Positions 26,965-39,200 of a stretch of 64,000 bases of DNA are shown in pieces. Every line of letters begins with the position of its first letter. Within the stretch, counting starts at the first letter, position 1. Below the pieces are notes generated by a model. That model was not told the DNA's origin, made no database searches, and saw only the letters and a program-made list of their open reading frames with translations. The DNA is taken from NCBI RefSeq assembly GCF_031769215.1, contig NW_026781896.1, positions 1,240,001-1,304,000 of the forward strand, given 5' to 3'. Source of the DNA: Ylistrum balloti. Its lineage: Eukaryota. A program made the position numbers and the translations under genes.

Positions 26965-27387
26965 TCAGTGGCCTCCTCTACGGTCATAGTTGTCTCCTCC
27001 GTATCGGTTTCCACCACCATAGTTTCCGCCGCCGTAATTACCGCCTCCATAGCTTCCGCGTTGGCTTCCGCCGCCATAACCGCCACCACCACCACGGTAT
27101 CCTCGTCCACCACCACGGCTACCACCACGATCACTTTTGGCCTGAGCGTGCGATATTTTTATATCTCGGCCATCAAGTTCCATAACTTGATCTTTTACAG
27201 CGTCTCTAGCCGCTTCTTGGCAGTCGAACGTGACAAATCCAAATCCTCTGGACCGGCCGCTTTCCCGATCAAGGATGAGTTTACAATCAACAACATTCCC
27301 GTATCCTGAAAACGCATCACGCAATGATTCTTCGTTTGTGTTATAACTTAAATTACCGGCGTACACCCTGCAACCTTCTTCACTCAT
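26965..27387 (-). CDS. Glycine-rich RNA-binding protein, CIRBP/RBM3-like (one RRM plus RGG/GGGY tail), 140 aa, intronless CDS
   Basis: The translation has RNP2 (RVYAGNL) and RNP1 (RGFGFVTF), then LDGRDIKISHA and an RGG/YGGG(N) low-complexity tail. The track ORF starts at a GTG (27408); the first ATG is at 27387 (MSEEG...). The stop ends at 26965. An AATAAA lies on the minus strand at 26551-26556. Exact orthology is not resolved. Confidence 0.93.
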   Translation of the reverse strand: MSEEGCRVYAGNLSYNTNEESLRDAFSGYGNVVDCKLILDRESGRSRGFGFVTFDCQEAARDAVKDQVMELDGRDIKISHAQAKSDRGGSRGGGRGYRGGGGGYGGGSQRGSYGGGNYGGGNYGGGNRYGGDNYDRRGGH

Positions 27388-27490
27388 CTTATCTGCTGTG
27401 TTTGTCACTGTTTCAGTTCAAATATAGTATGAAATGCTAGTATAGTGAGACTTCCACACAATCCTTTGTGTTCCTCGTGGTCTAGCTAAT

Positions 27491-27706
27491 AGCTCCCACA
27501 ATGCATTGTGATTTTCATTCTGCACTTACGACTCACTTCCGTTAAGGAAAATATTTTTAAGAAGAAAATAATTATAATCATTTTCCCCCTTTTCAATTCG
27601 TTAAACTTGTTTTTTAAGTAACTCTTCTTCCCAAATAACACTTATTTTTCAGACTATATCACATTGTTTAGCGCGGATTACTACTTCCGCCGGTTCCACG
27701 TGGAGT
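27491..27706 (-). promoter_or_regulatory. Probable housekeeping-type promoter of the RRM gene
   Basis: CTCCCACAATGCATTGTG (27493-27510) matches the Staf/ZNF143 site. ACTTCCG ETS cores occur at about 27535 and 27683, and a palindromic E-box TCCACGTGGA at 27695-27704. All lie 100-320 bp upstream of the ATG. Confidence 0.55.
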
Positions 27707-28067
27707 AGTGTTTACAAAATCGATGTAGGGCTACCTCGTGCATAGCATATATTGTAGGCACTGCTGAACTGCCCAAGATTCCGCGTAATTTGATAAAGAA
27801 GGTGCACATTTTATATACAGACTTTTCTGTTTCATGGCTTCACTTCAGTCAATTATACTTCAGGGGTCTATTCGCAATTTGATCAAGAATACTCAAGTTA
27901 TAGATATCAATTTGCGTTGTCTGGTTATTTCTTTGTTTTTTTTTGCTTTTCTTGTTGCATTTTTTTCAGTAACAAATAAGTTAAACAACACACACACTTG
28001 CATTAGCGCAAGTTAATTAACAACCTATTCGCATTTTGAACTGCCTTATCCATGGCTACATCGAAGC

Positions 28068-28524
28068 GTGTTTTTAGTCAATCATCAGATGGTGGGCTAT
28101 TCAAATCGCTCAACTTCCGTGGTCTGTCCGTCCGTAATTATTTCTTGAGAGGTGCTGATTAGATTATCTTAAAAAAAATCATGTAGTTGCCCAATGGTCC
28201 CTTCTTGTACCCCGTTGATTTTTTGTCTGGTTAAAAAATGGCCGACAATCGGACATCTTGGATTTGACCTTGCAAGTTTGTTATCACTATTTGTTAACAA
28301 GCACTTGATAGATCTTCCTTTGATTTCATATGTAGTTTCCCATTGCTTCCTTGCAGTGCCAATTTGATTTTGGGCAGATTATCTGTGCTATTTCTGCAAA
28401 GGAATTTTCAAATTTCTTACCATTAAGATCAAAAACAGTAGAGAAGTGCAAAGAAGGGAAAAGATCCAAATTTCAAAGAGCAAATAAATGATGGGTGCTA
28501 AGATCCCTCTGGGCACTCTTGTTT
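28068..28524 (-). mobile_element. HINE-like element, reverse orientation
   Basis: TTTTTAGTC...GTCTGTCCGTCCGT microsatellite at the left. The right end CTCTTGTT is the reverse complement of the AACAAGAG 5' terminus. Confidence 0.6.
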
Positions 28525-29431
28525 TAATTTGTTTTATATTTGCAAGATTTTAATGTTACAAGATCCGACACATCCACATATGTATCAATGTGTAACATCA
28601 TCTTTTTCTTCTTGTCTGGAGTTTGATTTCCTGAACAGATGCAGGTTTTCTGCAGTTTCCTCCCACAGCAGGACTCGAAGAGTGATTAGTATAAGTTAAA
28701 ATGAATGAAGTTAACATTTGTATATATATCTCATGCACATACAAAACATACAATTTAAAGGCAGGCTAAAAGGAACTTACAAAACAAAATACTGGAAAAG
28801 AAAAAAATGAGAGTGAAACAAAGATGTGGAGTGAATATAGTAAAAAATGACTACAAAATTGGAAAGGGATTTAGAGGAGGGGAGGCAATTAGTTAAGAAT
28901 TGGAGGGAATGGGGGTAATGGCTGGATTTTAAAAAAAATGTAATGCTTGTGCATGACAACTATGTAAGACTGGAAACAGATATGATGCATTCTGTTATAT
29001 TTTTTTCCACTTTATTCAATTACTTTCATTCGTACATACCTTTACCTGCTATAAGCATCTGCATACTGCAAGTTTTGACTTTAAAATGTTAAGTAAATTG
29101 TGTACAAACAGTTTTTTTTATGTAGAATAACCTGGTTTTCAGCTTTATATCATCTGCTAAAAGGCCATTATAGAGGATGGTAAGCTTGTGAATATAATGA
29201 ATAGATAAAAGTCTATTTAATACATTGGAATGTTTTTATTACTGATCTTACCAAAAAGGGATGTTTGTTTATTTAATGAGAAATGAATGAATAAAAGCCT
29301 TTGACAACATATCTAGACTTCGAATTAGATTTGGAATTGATGACATTTCCAAAATAAACAAACCAGTTTCTCTTTCAGAGTTATGTTACACAGCTAGTTT
29401 GTATGTAAGACTATCTTTCAACTTTGCTTAA

Positions 29432-29612
29432 CTCTTTTGGCGCCGTAGACTACTAAAGTCGACATTCAGACAGGCTGCCGTAGGCGACTTTAGTTGACAA
29501 TTTTTGCCATTGTTTTCGGATATTTTCCGGAAAATATTTGGCACTGAGCTGTACATTGTGAGAGATATTTGGCGCTGAGCTGTACATTGTGAGAGATTTG
29601 GCGCCGAAAGGG
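29432..29612. mobile_element. piggyBac-type MITE, 181 bp
   Basis: TTAA on both flanks (29428-31 and 29613-16). TIRs CTCTTTTGGCGCC / GGCGCCGAAAGGG (11 of 13 match). There is an internal IR ACTAAAGTCG / CGACTTTAGT and an internal ~31-bp direct duplication. Confidence 0.8.
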
Positions 29613-31534
29613 TTAAAAAAGAAATGAGTTTGAGGTTACAATATGATATTTCTATTTCTACTCGAGTTGAACTCGATGAAACTACCAAATTTAGCTTGTT
29701 TCTTTCGTCAATGAATTTGACCTGATTGACTTTGTTCTGGATATATCTTCACTGATTCTGTTAAGGGAGACAACTCTTACAAGTGTTAAAATATGCTCCA
29801 GATTTGCAGAACAAAAATTGCTAAAGATAGTATACAATGATTATTGCATAAATCATAATATGACAATATGGTAATTTGAGTTCTTGATGAAATGGATGTG
29901 AGTAAGGCCACAAAACACACTGCGGAAGAATTTAAAAATGGCTGCCTCAGAGTTTGAAGCGAAGTGGGAGATGACGGTAGAACTCGGTATACTTCACGTA
30001 GCTGTCAGGAAATTTTTATAATTTCTAAAATATACCGACAACATCAATTATTACATTTGAATTATGTTTTTAAAATTTTTTTTTAATGTTTCACTTAATC
30101 ATGCTTTGCCCATGTATTGATGTTTGTTTATCCTCTAATGAAAAATTTGGGTTTAATGCAATCCATTAGACTTGTACAAGTTCTAGTAACCTCAGACTTG
30201 GATTTGCGGGATGATGAATTGAGTTACTCTTTAGCCAAATTCAACATGAACTGCTTTGTATATCTACATTCTTCAGTCAGTTAAAACAATTTTCTTTTTT
30301 TTTTTTCATTTCTAACAAATTTTTCAACAATTACCTTAGGTGAATGGTCATAGTCCAATACTGGAAATAGCACTATTTGAGATCCAGATTTTGCTTCCCA
30401 GTTTTCCATTTTCAAAGTTCAGATGTTTATGATAAGTCAACTTAATACAAACATTAGATGCTTATAAAGACATATTTTAGCTTTGAGATGTTTGACTGGG
30501 AATGCTTTTGGCCTTACAAGCTTACATGCATCATGACATACCTCGATGATCAAGTCGGTCTTTAGTCCATATGGTCTGTATTAACCCATTAGAGCAAATT
30601 AACCTATCAGTAAATTATTCAGAAGTTCAAACCATGTTCATCATCTAATTTAAATTGTTGGGACTATTTTTTATACACGATACTGCAGACTTCGATTCGT
30701 TCAAAATATTAAAACGAAACTGTCTTAATTGAAATCTAAGCTTTGATTCTTGCTTTTGTCAATTTCTTGGGATGATGAATTGTGTTGAGCCTTTTGATTT
30801 TGGAACCGATCAGAAAAAAACGGCAGACTGATGGCCATCTTGAAATTTGACTTATTTCTTGAAAAGTACTGAAGACAGATTCTCTATTACAAAATCTTCA
30901 AATTGTTGGACTATCAACAGATATCAGCCAGACAGATCTAGAAATACACATACGTGCGTATTTTTGGTCATGTACTTAATAAGTTCTGTATGTTATGGAA
31001 TTTGAAATGTGAGTGATGCGCCAATTTCAAGTTCAAATGAAATATCTTTATGATAAGATGGAACCTGTATTTATGTACTTAACACGAATTAACACTTGAC
31101 ACATTAAAAAGCTTAAATTAATTATGTAAAGTCTTGTATCAATATTCTGATTCATTGATTAAAATGAAATTGATCGAATAGATACCCGGTACACCTTTAT
31201 ATGTGGTAAGTCAAACATGTTGACTTTATAATCAAAACATAGATATTGAGTTCACCTATATATCAAAGAAGCAACATTGATTGCTTTAAATCCGTGTAAA
31301 CCAACAGTTAAATCCATTATTTGTCAGGGTTCACATTCAAATACATACAGATATTAATTATCTTCTACTTCAGTAAACACCTAAGGCATGTTTAATTCAC
31401 ATTGTTACCCATCACCCCGACCAGATAATGTGACCACCAATTACAAGTTCACGTACAAATTATAAAAGCATGTGAAGCTGGCAGTCAACACAATCATTAA
31501 TGGTCATGAAAACTGTATTCATGGTGCAGTATAT

Positions 31535-31990
31535 ACTACCTTATAGCAGTCACTGTCTGTGACAATACTTTACAATATCTTCCCCTGTCACTACCTTATA
31601 GCAGTCACTGTCTGTGACAATACTTTACAATATCTTCCCCTGTCACTACCTTATAGCAGTCACTGTCTGTGACAATACTTTACAATATCTTCCCATGTCA
31701 CTACCTTATAGCAGTCACTGTCTGTGACAATACTTTACAATATCTTCCCCTGTCACTAGCTTACAGCTGAGTCACTTTCTTGGACAATGTCATACACTTT
31801 CTTCCTTTGTCACTACCTTACAACAGTCACTACTTGTGACAATGTTATACAATATCTTCCAGTCATTAGCTTACAGCTGAGTCACTTTCTAGGACAAAGC
31901 CATACACTCTCTTCCTTTGTCACTAGTTTACAGCAGTGATTGCTTGTGATAATTCATATTATACCAACTCTTCCTCTGTCAATCAGCTTA
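31535..31990. repeat. Tandem array, 55-bp unit, 4 near-perfect plus about 4 degenerate copies
   Basis: Unit CACTACCTTATAGCAGTCACTGTCTGTGACAATACTTTACAATATCTTCCCCTGT. Confidence 0.92.
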
Positions 31991-32084
31991 GCTTTGAAGA
32001 ATTGACTTCTTTCAAAAGCTATTTATAGGACATGAAGCAAAAAAGAACATAAAACAACAATACACAATACAAAACTTAACTGTA

Positions 32085-33945
32085 GATCTGTACCATGGTT
32101 CTAGTTCTGTATCAAGGTTCATGGTTCTAGTTCTGTACCATGGTTCATGGTTCTAGTTCTGTACCAAGGTTCATGGTTCTAGTTCTGTACCACGGTACTT
32201 GGTTCTAGTTCTGTACCAAGGTTCATGGTTCTAGTTCTGTATCAAGGTTCATGGTTCTAGTTCTGTACCACGGTTCATGGTTCTAGTTCTGTACCAAGGT
32301 TCATGATTCTAGTTCTGTACCACGGTTCATGGTTCTAGTTCTGTACCAAGGTTCATGGTTCTAGTTCTGTACCATGGTTCATATTTCTGGTTCTATATCA
32401 GGGTTCATGGTTCTAGTTCTGTACCAGGTTCATGTTTCTAGTTCTACATCAGGGTTCATGTTTCTAGTTCTATATCAGGGTTCATGTTTCTAGTTCTACA
32501 TCAGGGTTCATGTTTCTAGTTCTATATCAGGGTTCATGTTTCTGATTCTATATCAGGGTTCATGTTTCTAGTTCTATATCAGGGTTCATGGTTCTAGTTC
32601 TGTACCAGGTTCATGTTTCTAGTTCTACATCAGGGTTCATGTTTCTAGTTCTATATCAGGGTTCATGTTTCTGATTCTATATCAGGGTTCATGTTTCTGG
32701 TTCTATATCAGGGTTCATGTTTCTAGTTCTATATCAGGGTTCATGGTTCTAGTTCTGTACCAGGTTCATGTTTCTAGTTCTACATCAGGGTTCATGTTTC
32801 TAGTTCTATATCAGGGTTCATGTTTCTGATTCTATATCAGGGTTCATGTTTCTGGTTTCTATATCAGGGTTCATGTTTCTAGATTCTATATCAGGGTTCA
32901 TGTTTCTTGTTCAATATCAGGGTTCATGTTTCTGGTTCTATATCAGGGTTCATGTTTCTAGTTCTATATCAGTGTTCATGTTTCTAGTTCTATATCAGGG
33001 TTCATGTTTCTAGTTCTATATCAGTGTTCATGTTTCTAGTTCTATATCAGGGTTCATGTTTCTGGTTTCTATATCAGGGTTCATGTTTCTAGTTCTATAT
33101 AAGGGTTCATGTTTCTAGTTCTATATCAGGGGTCATGGTTCTAGTTCTATATCAGGGTTCATGTTTCTGGTTTCTATATCTGGGTTCATGTTTCTAGTTC
33201 TATATCAGGGTTCATGTTTCTGGTTTCTATATCAGGGTTCATGTTTCTGGTTGTATATCAGGGTTCATGTTTCTGGTTTCTATATCTGTGTTCATGTTTC
33301 TAGTTCTATATCAGGGTTCATGTTTCTAGTTCTATATCAGGGTTCATGTTTCTGGTTCTATATCAGGGTTCATGTTTCTGGTTTCTATATCAGGGTTCAT
33401 GTTTCTAGTTCTATATCAGGGTTCATGTTTCTGGTTTCTATATCTGTGTTCATGTTTCTGGTTCTCATGTTTCTGGTTCTATATCAGGGTTCATGTTTCT
33501 GGTTCTATATCAGGGTTCATGTTTCTGGTTTCTATATCAGGGTTCATGTTTCTGGTTGTATATCAGGGTTCATGTTTCTGGTTTCTATATCTGTGTTCAT
33601 GTTTCTAGTTCTATATCAGAGTTCATGTTTCTAGTTCTATATCAGGGTTCATGTTTCTGGTTCTATATCAGGGTTCATGTTTCTGGTTTCTATATCAGGG
33701 TTCATGTTTCTAGTTCTATATCAGGGTTCATGTTTCTGGTTTCTATATCTGTGTTCATGTTTCTGGTTCTCATGTTTCTGGTTCTATATCAGGGTTCATG
33801 TTTCTGGTTCTATATCAGGGTTCATGTTTCTGGTTCTATATAAGAGTTCATGTTTCTAGTGCATGTTTTCAGTTCTACATCAGGGTGCATGTTTTCAGTT
33901 CTACATCAGGGTGCATGTTTTTAGTTTTATATCAGGGTTTCTTGT
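32085..33945. repeat. Tandem array, 26-27-bp unit, about 70 copies
   Basis: Unit GGGTTCATGTTTCTAGTTCTATATCA with positional variants. It accounts for the four ORFs at 33161-33859. Confidence 0.97.
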
Positions 33946-34261
33946 TTCAAGGTGTATACATACATATACATGTATGACTATGAAATGTTCAGACTAGTTC
34001 ATCATAAATTTAAATGAAAGTTATAAATCTCAAAACATTTGAGAAGGAAAAAATTGGCATTATGTGTGATCCGTAGAGTGGTGCATAGTACTGTGTAATG
34101 ACACTTAAGCGTGATAGCACTGTGCAAACTATATAAAAGTAGGGCTGTTATCAAAATGTTTTCAAATGTAAGGACATAAAAAAATAAACAAGACTGAATT
34201 GGAAAAGTTTTGATTTTTTTTTAAATCAAGGAAGAAAAACAAAAGAAATATGTTACTTTAC

Positions 34262-34487
34262 CTTTTGGAGCTAATGTGTTTATATCCAGGATAGATTCGT
34301 TGATTCCAAACTCTTCCAATTTTTGTCTAGTTATTAAAACAAATGCTGATCCTGGTTTGTTAGAATCACTTGATTGTATTTTCCACTGACAATCATCTGA
34401 ATTAAAATCACATAATCTGCCATTAACAGGCAGCAACTGTAGAAGCCAGATTAGCACTATTCCTGATGGCACAGCCACTTGTAGCAT
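34262..34487 (-). CDS. First coding exon: signal peptide plus start of a MAM-like domain
   Basis: ATG at 34487 is followed by hydrophobic MLQVAVPSGIVLIWLLQLLPVNG, then RLCDFNSDDCQW (MAM N-terminal CxF...CxW motif), ending AAAG|GTAAAG in phase 1. Linkage to the SRCR exons is inferred from strand, order and phase only. Confidence 0.68.
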
Positions 34488-35155
34488 GGCAGTAAGTTGG
34501 TTCTGTGCCTATTCTCGAGTCTCCGGTGTGTCTTTAGTGTTCCGCTGGCCTCAACGACATGCATCCCATAACCAAATCAGAATTGACAGCTATGTTGACG
34601 GACAATCTGGTAAAGTCATAGATAGCATTAATCAATACTAACTTTTCAGGGACCACAAAAGAATATAACACTTGTTTTATTCAATATCCTAGTTCACATT
34701 GATATGACATAACTCTGAATAGAAGTGCACATAACCTACCCATGAGCAATCTCTTTAGATTCAACTCAATAAAATAACCATTAGTTTGTAAACCTGAAGT
34801 TCCATATATTTCCAGAGGTCACCAACAATATTTCTAAGACTTGATTATAAGTATTGATGATGATATGTTATCATAATGTTTAACCCACAAAACATTGATG
34901 GATGACATTCAATTCAAACCAATATTACAAGTAATTCAGACAATGAATGACAAATAATTTTAACAATTATCACCAAATTACTATGTTACTTCAAAGAAAA
35001 TTTACCCAAGAAACTCAGTGATGTGTTTCTCCACTTAACACATTACAAGGTTAAAGACAAAACATACATCACAATTTCACAGTGTTCTGTCGGTATTAAT
35101 GATTGTTCTTGTCAAATGTCTCTGTTTGCTTACACCTATTAGCAATACAACAATA

Positions 35156-36217
35156 ACATCATCTAATGTCTCAACTGATAACAGTTGTGTGTGATGAGAC
35201 AGCTTCAAATATCTCCCACTGCTTACAGTTGTGTGTGATAAGACATCATCTAATGTCTCCCACTGATAACAGTTGTGTATGATGAGACATCATCTAATGT
35301 CTCCCACTGGTTACATTTATGTATGATGAGACATCATCTAATGTCTCCTGCTGCTTACAGATATGTGATGAGACAGCTTCAAATGTCTCCCACTACTTAC
35401 AGATATGTGATGAGACAGCTTCAAATGTCTCCCACTACTTACAGTTGTGTATGATGAGACAGCTTCAAATGTCTCCCACTGCTTACAGATATGTGATGAG
35501 ACATCATCTAATGTCTCCCACTGGTTACAGTTGTGTGTGATGAGACATCATCTAGTGTCTCCCACTGCTCACAGATATGTGATGAGACAGCTTCAAATGT
35601 CTCCCACTACTTACAGTTGTGTATGATGAGACATCATCTAATGTCTCCCACTGCTTACAGTTGTGTGTGATGAGACATCATCTAATGTCTCCCACTGCTT
35701 ACAGATATGTGATGAGACAGCTTCAAATGTCTCCCACTGCTCACAGATATGTGATGAGACATCATCTAATGTCTCCCACTGGTTACAGTTGTGTATGATG
35801 AGACAGCTTCAAATGTCTCCCACTGGATTACAGTTGTGTATGATGAGACAGCTTCAAATGTCTCCCACTGGTTACAGTTGTGTGTGATGAGACATTATCT
35901 AATGTCTCCCACTGGTTACAGTTGTGTGTGATGAGACATTATCTAATGTCTCCCACTGGATTACAGCTGTGTGTGATGAGACAGCTTCAAATGTCTCCCA
36001 CTGGTTACAGTTGTGTATGATGAGACAGCTTCAAATGTCTCCCACTGGTTACAGTTGTGTATGATGAGACATCATCTAATGTCTCCCACTGGTTACAGTT
36101 GTGTGTGATGAGACATCATCTAGTGTCTCCCACTGGCTACAGTTGTGTATGATGAGACATTATCTAATGTCTCCCACTGGATTACAGTTGTGTATGGTGA
36201 GACATTGTGAAATGTCT
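35156..36217. repeat. Tandem array, 42-44-bp unit, about 24 copies
   Basis: Units ACAGTTGTGTGTGATGAGACATCATCTAATGTCTCCCACTGGTT and ACAGATATGTGATGAGACAGCTTCAAATGTCTCCCACTACTT. Confidence 0.96.
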
Positions 36218-39200
36218 GCTGTCCTGTAAACCTATTTGGATGTATGATACTGGTATCAGCAGTACATTTAAGTAAATAGGAAAACCCTACTGGACTACTT
36301 TAGGGATTAACTCCTTTGTTTTCTGTTCAATGTACATGTTATGCAATAATATTTTTTAATGAAAGACTAGAAATTTAGATTGAAGATTACCATCAAACAG
36401 TCCTTTTTGAAATTTAATAATACAGAATTAAAAGGCTTAATTAGAACTACAAACTAACTTTGAAACCAATACTATCAATATTAAATTTTTGTTTTTCCAG
36501 GCAACTCAAAATCTTATACTTACACTACACACAAAAAGTCACCATATCATGTTGATGGCTGTTTGATCAGTGGGCACTACCCAAAATCACTTGTGTTGAT
36601 TTACAAATTTAAATCCTTATAGTTTCACACTGAGGGCAGTAACTTCTGACTTGTAGTGTTACAGCTATGTGTTCAAGTCAAACACGTCAAGAATATAGTG
36701 ATCAGGCTCCGATAACTCTCAAGGTGACATTATGTCGTAGGAAGGGATAACGTGTGTTGAGTCCTTCAGTGTATACAGTGTTATCCAACATTGTCCATTA
36801 CCAATGTTAGAATGAGTGTGAAATATTACTGGCCAAGAATCTTACCTTAAAGTACCTTCGTATTAAAGTTAAATTGTCCAATCGAAATGCCTAGATTGTC
36901 AAATCAATAAAACATTAGCATTGTTATCATCTTTATAATATTACATGTTTAACATAAAAATGGTTTTCTGTATAGCAATCCAATTAACCATATTTCACTT
37001 AAAAGTGGAGTCACACAGATTTCACAGCAACGGTATTGACTGAACATGTACAAGTTACATTACATGCATAATGATGATCAAACTGAGAATTCATTATTGT
37101 AGTCAGGTCAGTAGCCATGTCAGTACTGTATATATTACCTGAAACTTTGTAATGTTCTCAAGAAACCACAGCTGTTTCTGTAACCAAATACTTGTACAGG
37201 CATCTATAGTTAACAGGCATTCAATCGATAGTCAAGTTTTAAAATTACCTGTTGTACCATACTGGTCTTGATTTGATTTTATACTTTAATAAAGGTTAGT
37301 CCAAATGTACGGTAGGTTGACATCAGGACATTTTAAATCAGGTCATGTTGAAACATCTAAAGGAATTTTTATAATCACAACTCCTCTTTATAATTTATCT
37401 TTAGTGCTCGGTTATACACATAACACAAATATCACCAGAACAAGTCAGGATATTGATAGACTGTTTTCATATGGAAATTCAGTTGTAACACCCACACAGT
37501 TACCTGTATCTTGTTATCTAACACTTTAGGGAGCTCATTCCATCAAACGATATATGAGGACAACAAGCTGAAAATTTGTTTTTGAAGTTTAAAACTTGTT
37601 CTTGATGTTCAGTTTTCACATCCACATTTCTTGAGTCATTGGCAAGCTATAACAGAACAAAAGTTATTTTTTATTTTTGTTTGAAATATTTTATGGCGTT
37701 AGTTGTCCTGGATGTTTCTTATTTAACATTTGATACCTGAAGTATTCATGATTTCCTTTAACCATTCATGTTAATCATGTCACAAAGCCAAAGGATTCTG
37801 AGGTGTACACTGCCAGAAATAAATTAAAGGTTCAAGAGCAAAGCCCCCTTCCAACGGAAAATATTGGGAAAATCAAACTGGCAAGCAATTGGCTTCAAAT
37901 ATTGTGAGTACATGGTTGTGTAAAAGCAGTTAGGCACATAAATATTTTACCTTATTCAAGATACAAGGTAAAATTACCAAATTGCCAATTGGACATAACT
38001 GGACATTTAATGAAGAATCTAATTTCATTATATTTCCTGACAGTTTTTATAAGATTGCACTAAATCTCAATGTTCTGAGTTACTATTAAGCTGTTATCTG
38101 CCTATGATACACACAAACCTTTCGAAAAACTTGACCACAAAATTTTGACATGGCAGTGTTGTGTGAAAATGACTGAAAAAAAATACCACTCGTAGTTTTG
38201 ATTGGGTCAACCACAAAATTTGCCATGCAAATCTAACAGTGAATTTCTTTTGATAAGGTCTGAAGACCGACCACAAACAGGGCAAAATTATCTCTTGTAC
38301 AGAGCTAAATATTTTTTTGCAGGTTTTTGAAGTTGAAATAAAGACTTGATAACAGCTGAGTATCATGTTTCTTCACACTGTATTTACAATCCAGTGAAAT
38401 TATCCTGGTTAAAACTGACACAAAAACACTATGTAATAGTAATCTGCAACATTTTGTTGTCACTGCAAAAACAAGTGCTTATCGCAGCTGGCATTGAAAA
38501 AAAAGTCAATGCATATTTCATGCATGTATTAATTTTTTTGTGTACATATGTTTTCAAATTATTTCAAAACTCTATTCAGGTGATATTTGATTGCATCCAT
38601 TTATTTTAGGGAGACACCAGAGAAATGGCAGCTCCCATATGAAATATGATCAGAATATCACAATGAGGATTAATATTTCTCATCACTACATGCAAATCAA
38701 GGACACCAATAAATCAAGAGATTCTAAAGGGAACAGACCTGATACATATTGACAGCAGTTTACCTTATTGACCTTAAAATTTCTGACCATTAATTCGAAA
38801 CCCTCAGATGATCAATAAAAAAGGCACGAAACTCTAGTTATCATAGTGATTGAGCAAGCAAGCATTACTGAAAATCTGCTCTTTACCGTAAAATAAGTAT
38901 TTTTTGTGGAGTATTTATTTTTATTGATTTCACTGGTATTCTTCATCCACAAACAAATTTGCCCATGAACTGTTGAAATAAGTAGACTTGAGATATGTTT
39001 ATCCACTGAATCAAGTGCACACAAATTTTTTTGCTTTTTGGTTTTTTTTTTTTAAATCAGCAAAAATGGAACCCCTAGAAAATATATGATTTACAGTATT
39101 TTGAAGAGAACAGAATAAACCCACAATATAACATTCCCGAACACACTTTTGAGACTTCTAAAACCTGTGGTTGGTTCATGTACGTGTCTTTAACATCGAA

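Noticed and set aside
26860-27309. 149-aa plus-strand Thr/Ala/Ser-rich ORF (and the 68-aa alternative minus frame)
   Set aside because: These are antisense and shifted shadows of the Gly-rich RRM gene.
30335-30590. Two tiny minus-strand exon-like segments (VLDYDHSPK; TIWTKDRLDHR) as missing MAM exons
   Set aside because: Phases and order do not rebuild a MAM domain convincingly.
33161-33859. Four overlapping hydrophobic ORFs
   Set aside because: They are products of the 26-bp tandem array.
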